A DNA stretch of 63,904 nucleotides, filler included, from Hyphochytrium catenoides (lineage: Eukaryota; Protista; Hyphochytriomycota), in NCBI GenBank assembly GCA_900088475.1. It is 11 parts of 11 records of this genome, joined end to end, with 100 filler letters (N's around TTAATTAATTAA, not from the genome) between each part and the next. Parts side by side here need not be neighbours in the genome. Positions count along the whole stretch, not along the records: positions 58,860 to 63,904 come from FLMG01001836.1; 10 more parts are not named here. The stretch is one strand, 5' to 3'. The position numbers and the translations under genes were made by a program. Positions 60,006 to 63,904 of the stretch are shown piece by piece; positions within the stretch are counted from its first letter, which is position 1; each line of letters opens with the position of its first letter. The notes beneath the pieces were generated by a model. The model was not told the DNA's origin. It saw only the letters and a program-made list of their open reading frames with translations, and made no database searches.

Positions 60006-61083
60006 TTAGAGTTTTGTTGGCGGATTGCCCATCTCAATCGACCTCTGTGTCGCAGCCTTCACTGCCGATATTAAGGCGTGTCTCAAGTTTCCTTCTTCCA
60101 GAGCCACCATCCCACTGATGGTCGTCCCGCCGGGACTGCAGACTTCATCACGCAGAAGAGCAGGGTGTTTGCCTACCAGGTCAAAGAGAGACATGGAATA
60201 CACACGCAGCGAGAGAGAGAAAGAGAGGGAAACTGAGACTTTGATTATGGAAAAAAAAATTGACAGTAGGAGAGCAACGAAAACGGTCGGTGGAAACACG
60301 CCGTGGGGTCTAACAATGATAACGGTGGCAGCTTTTTAAGGGACTGACGAACAGGTAGGAACACTACTAGACCTCTAGAGTCGATAGCAATCTTTCCACT
60401 CAGAACGGAAGGAGAGAGAAATAACAGCCAGGGAGAAAGAAAAAGGGAGAGAGAAGACAGTTCAAGCAAGAGAGGAAGAAGAAGAGGGAGAGAGAAGAAA
60501 GCCAAAGGGAGAGAGACAGAAGAAAGCCCAACGGAGAGAGAGAAAGAAGAAAGCCCAAGGGAGAGAGAAAGAAGAAGAGAGAGAGAAACGGCTCAATAGC
60601 CCAGTGACTGGATAGCGAGGGAAATAGTCTTCACCTGTCTCCAGAACCATCGCAGCTGCTCCCATCACTGTCTGAGCCGCAAGCTGCAGAGCTTGAGCCT
60701 GCACGGAAGAGATCAGCACGACAAACTAGATAGTAATACATAAAGATTCTTCTCTCTCCATCTCACCTTACTCAGCCCTCCTGCCACGCCTCCGTCAGCC
60801 ATCGCATCAATGATCGTATAGACATAAGCAGGGCCGCTTCCACTCAGTCCCGTCACGGGGTCCAGCTGCTTCTCTGGCACCGAGAGAGAGAGACCTACGC
60901 CTTGCAGGATTCTCTCACATAATTCTCCATCTTCAGGTGTGGCTCTGCTCCCCAGTGCGTAGGCGCTAGCGCCCTTGCAGATGAGCGCAGGAGTGTTTGG
61001 CATCACTCGGATCACCCGCTGGGAAGCGTTCAGACCTGCTTCTAGGTCTTTGAGTTTGATGCCTATTGGGCCAGCCCAAGAAG

Positions 61084-61120
<37 letters not shown>

Positions 61121-62393
61121 GCAGAGTATTCAAAGAAAGCGGGAGCCCAGATAAGTTGGTGTTTGGGAAACAGATATGGAAGATGCCCGGTAGGAGTGAT
61201 AGAGAGGGCAAGGAGAAGCCATGGCAGGAGCGAAGAGAGAGTTAAGAGCTGGTAACTCAGAGAAGCGGCCAAGTTTTAGGAGAGAGAGAGAGACAGAGAG
61301 AGAGACAGAGAGAGAGAAATGTCTGAAGATTGGACTATACAAGAAAACAATGCATTCAGTAGCACAACCGGTAGACAGGAAGAACGTGCAAGAGGAGGAG
61401 GAAGTCGCAGAAGAGGAGACCGGCAGACCGAGTGCAAACATAGAGAGACACAAGGAGAGAGGAGGGCGTGCTATGGGCGAAATACTTAGAAGAGGTTGAG
61501 CGAGCGAGAGAGAAAGGAGAGTGAGAGAGAGAGAGGGNNNNNNNNNNNNNNNNNNNNNNNNNNNNNNNNNNNNNNNNNNNNNNNNNNNNNNNNNNNNNNN
61601 NNNNNNNNNTCGAAGCTCAGCGAGCACGTGTGGGACATCCTGTCAAGGGCAGGACGGCGAGGTGGTGAGTCGAAAAGAGAGGGAGACAAAGAGAGAGAGA
61701 GAGAGAGACACACGGCGACAGAGAGAGGTTAAGGGAAAAGGGGAAGATAGAGAAGCGAGCGCAGCGCAGGTGATCGCGCAGAGAACATAAGGTAGAGGTT
61801 AGGAAGAGAAGAGGGGACGAAGAAGAGCGAGAGAAAGAGCGAGCGAGCGAGAGAGAGAGAAGGAGAGAGAGAGAAGGAGAAAGTAGATGATGTATGGAGA
61901 AACTAGCAAAGCAGATAGCGATATGCAGGAGGAACCAGAGAGAGAAAGACAGTGTACGATGACATAGACAGGAAGAGAGAACCAACCCAAGCAAGGGAGA
62001 GAGCGAAAGCCACCGGGAAGGAACGAAAGAGTAACAGACACAGGAAGAGAGAATCAAGATAGATATAAAACAGTGGAAACCTAAGAGAAGAGAATAGAGC
62101 GAGCGAGCGAGAGAGAGAGAGAGACCAAAGGCAAGACGTCCTAGAACATTTCTCTGCTTCGTCTGTTTCTCTCTTACATTGGGCTTGGTGCACAGGATGA
62201 TGACATCGCAGCTCTGTCCAATCTCTTTATTACTTCCCGCGGCCAGGACATGGAGCTCGGCCACTGCCTGGTCCACGCTCGCAGCGTAGCGATCGTTCAC
62301 GAGAACGTTGGATGGGCTCACAAAGTTCGAGGCAAGCACGCCCTTGAGGAGAGCCATCCCCATCTTCCCGCAGCCGATGATTCCGAGCTTCAT
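60006..62393 (-). CDS. proC: Pyrroline-5-carboxylate reductase, multi-exon
   Basis: [12 protein letters not shown] (exon 62178-62393), [52 protein letters not shown]. Confidence 0.97.
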
Positions 62394-62689
62394 GGTGAGA
62401 GAAGAGAGAGAGAGAGCGTGCGGGAGAGAGAGAGAGAGAGACCAAGAGGAGAGAAAGGGCAGCTTGGAGAGGCGATAACACGCAGACGAGAGAGAGAACG
62501 TGCTCAGGAGAGAGACGCCGCCAAGGAAAGATGAAGATGGTCTATGGCTGCACCTGATGTGCAGAGGAAGGTGACTGTTCTCTAGAGGTTTGGATCCTCA
62601 TGAGAAAGGCCTCGGCTTCTGCTTTGACGACTCCCTCGGTCTTGTATTGCCTCCTTTCTGTGTGTCTTTCTGTTTCGTATCTCTCTCTG

Positions 62690-62863
62690 TTGGTCTCTCT
62701 CTTCACTCCCGTCTCTCTCTCTCACTTCTCTCTCTCTCTGTCTCTTCCTTTCTCTCTCTCACTGTCTCTCTCTGTCTCTTTCTTTCTCTGTCTCTCTCTG
62801 TCTCCCTGTCTCCCTCTTTCTCTTCTTTCTCTCTCTCTCTTCACTCCCCGTCTCTCGTTGTTT

Positions 62864-62927
<64 letters not shown>

Positions 62928-62940
62928 CTTTCTCTCTACT
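62690..62940 (+). repeat. Imperfect (CT)n microsatellite
   Basis: Seen directly. Confidence 0.9.
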
Positions 62941-63904
62941 CACATTTTCTTGACCAGAAAGATCGCGTCAGTTCTGTTTCTGCTCCCTCTGTACAGAGCT
63001 TGCCGCCTGTAATTTTACGCCAATTATCACAAAGAGTCAAATATAGTAGTAGTAATATTGTCAATTTTGGACGATTTCTGTGGTGACATACGGTGGAACT
63101 TTATTACAGTCTACTCCGGAGTAACAGATTGGCCATACATTGATAATTTACAGTCTTGTATGAGTAACAATCTTTTGATAATTTACAGTCTACTCTGAAG
63201 CCGCACGCCGCCCTCCTCCGCCCGCCTCGCCGCCGGGGCCGCCGCAGCAGCGACGACGGACATCATCTTCCCATCATCCCAGATCTTCTACCGCTTTTCA
63301 GGGCAAGGACGGGGCTGACGATCATTAATGTACGGCCTGTGATCGGGCCCTATACGGACGAGGGAGCTTGTTGGTAGTCATCAATCCACCACCATTATTA
63401 GTTCCTACCTCATCATGCAGGGCAGCAGCAGCGGGTTGGCGTCTGCTGGAGGGGAGCAGCGCACACCCAGAAGCTTCGGACACTGCTGCTGTCATGCTCA
63501 AGGTTTTTCCTTGAAGCTAGGCCTCTAGAGTGGTGCCAGACCTGTGATGTCTGTCTACTGATACTGCACCACCCCCACCACCCCCGCGGACTTAAGACAA
63601 GGGTTGATGAGGGAATAACAAATCTTGTTGAGCCCGACCGCAGCAGTAGTCTTCATCAAACTGCGGAAGCTTCTGGATGGGCGGTGCTCGGCTACAGGGA
63701 ATAACCGGAGCCATGTTTCACGTTGCGCTGCATGAGGTATAGGGTTTGATAGTAGCGAACCGGTTCATGTTGTCGTCGAAGTATGACCAGCATGCATGAT
63801 GGTCCGTAGTAGCCCTCCATGACAACGCGAAGGGCGGGGTGAGGGGGCGGCTAGCATCAGGAAGACTTCTTTCGCGGCGTGCCTTAGCCAAACCGAGGCC
63901 TGGA

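Noticed and set aside
33861-62393. Apparent nitrogen-metabolism cluster (GLS, UreF, proC)
   Set aside because: The genes are on different concatenated contigs, so linkage is not shown.

Overview
Eukaryotic (protist) genomic DNA, not one locus. Ten identical 100-bp spacers (N44-TTAATTAATTAA-N44, stops in all six frames) join 11 unrelated contigs, so gene adjacency across spacers is meaningless. The myosin, HSF and Cys-rich acid phosphatase resemble stramenopile/oomycete-type proteins (inference). Host genes, several reconstructed exon by exon: ankyrin-type glutaminase, secreted and probably GPI-anchored acid phosphatase, ferric reductase/NOX (partial), myosin exon, TatD exons, START-domain protein, hemerythrin-like orphan, PP2C, USP47-like C-terminus, UreF, PH-like protein, 17-exon TRM1, HSF, beta-adaptin exons, DENND6-like C-terminus and P5C reductase. 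Mobile DNA: decayed Ty1/copia, decayed CACTA/EnSpm, a PIF/Harbinger piece, a probable MITE and a tRNA-derived element. The most notable signal is a dense nest of restriction-like-endonuclease (RLE, CRE-like) non-LTR retroelement fragments at 11.3-22.4 kb and again at 57.8-58.7 kb. They end in (TTC)n tails and sit head-to-tail and tail-to-tail, and one unit is bracketed by 137-bp LTR-like direct repeats. All calls are by eye from motif recall; no searches were run.
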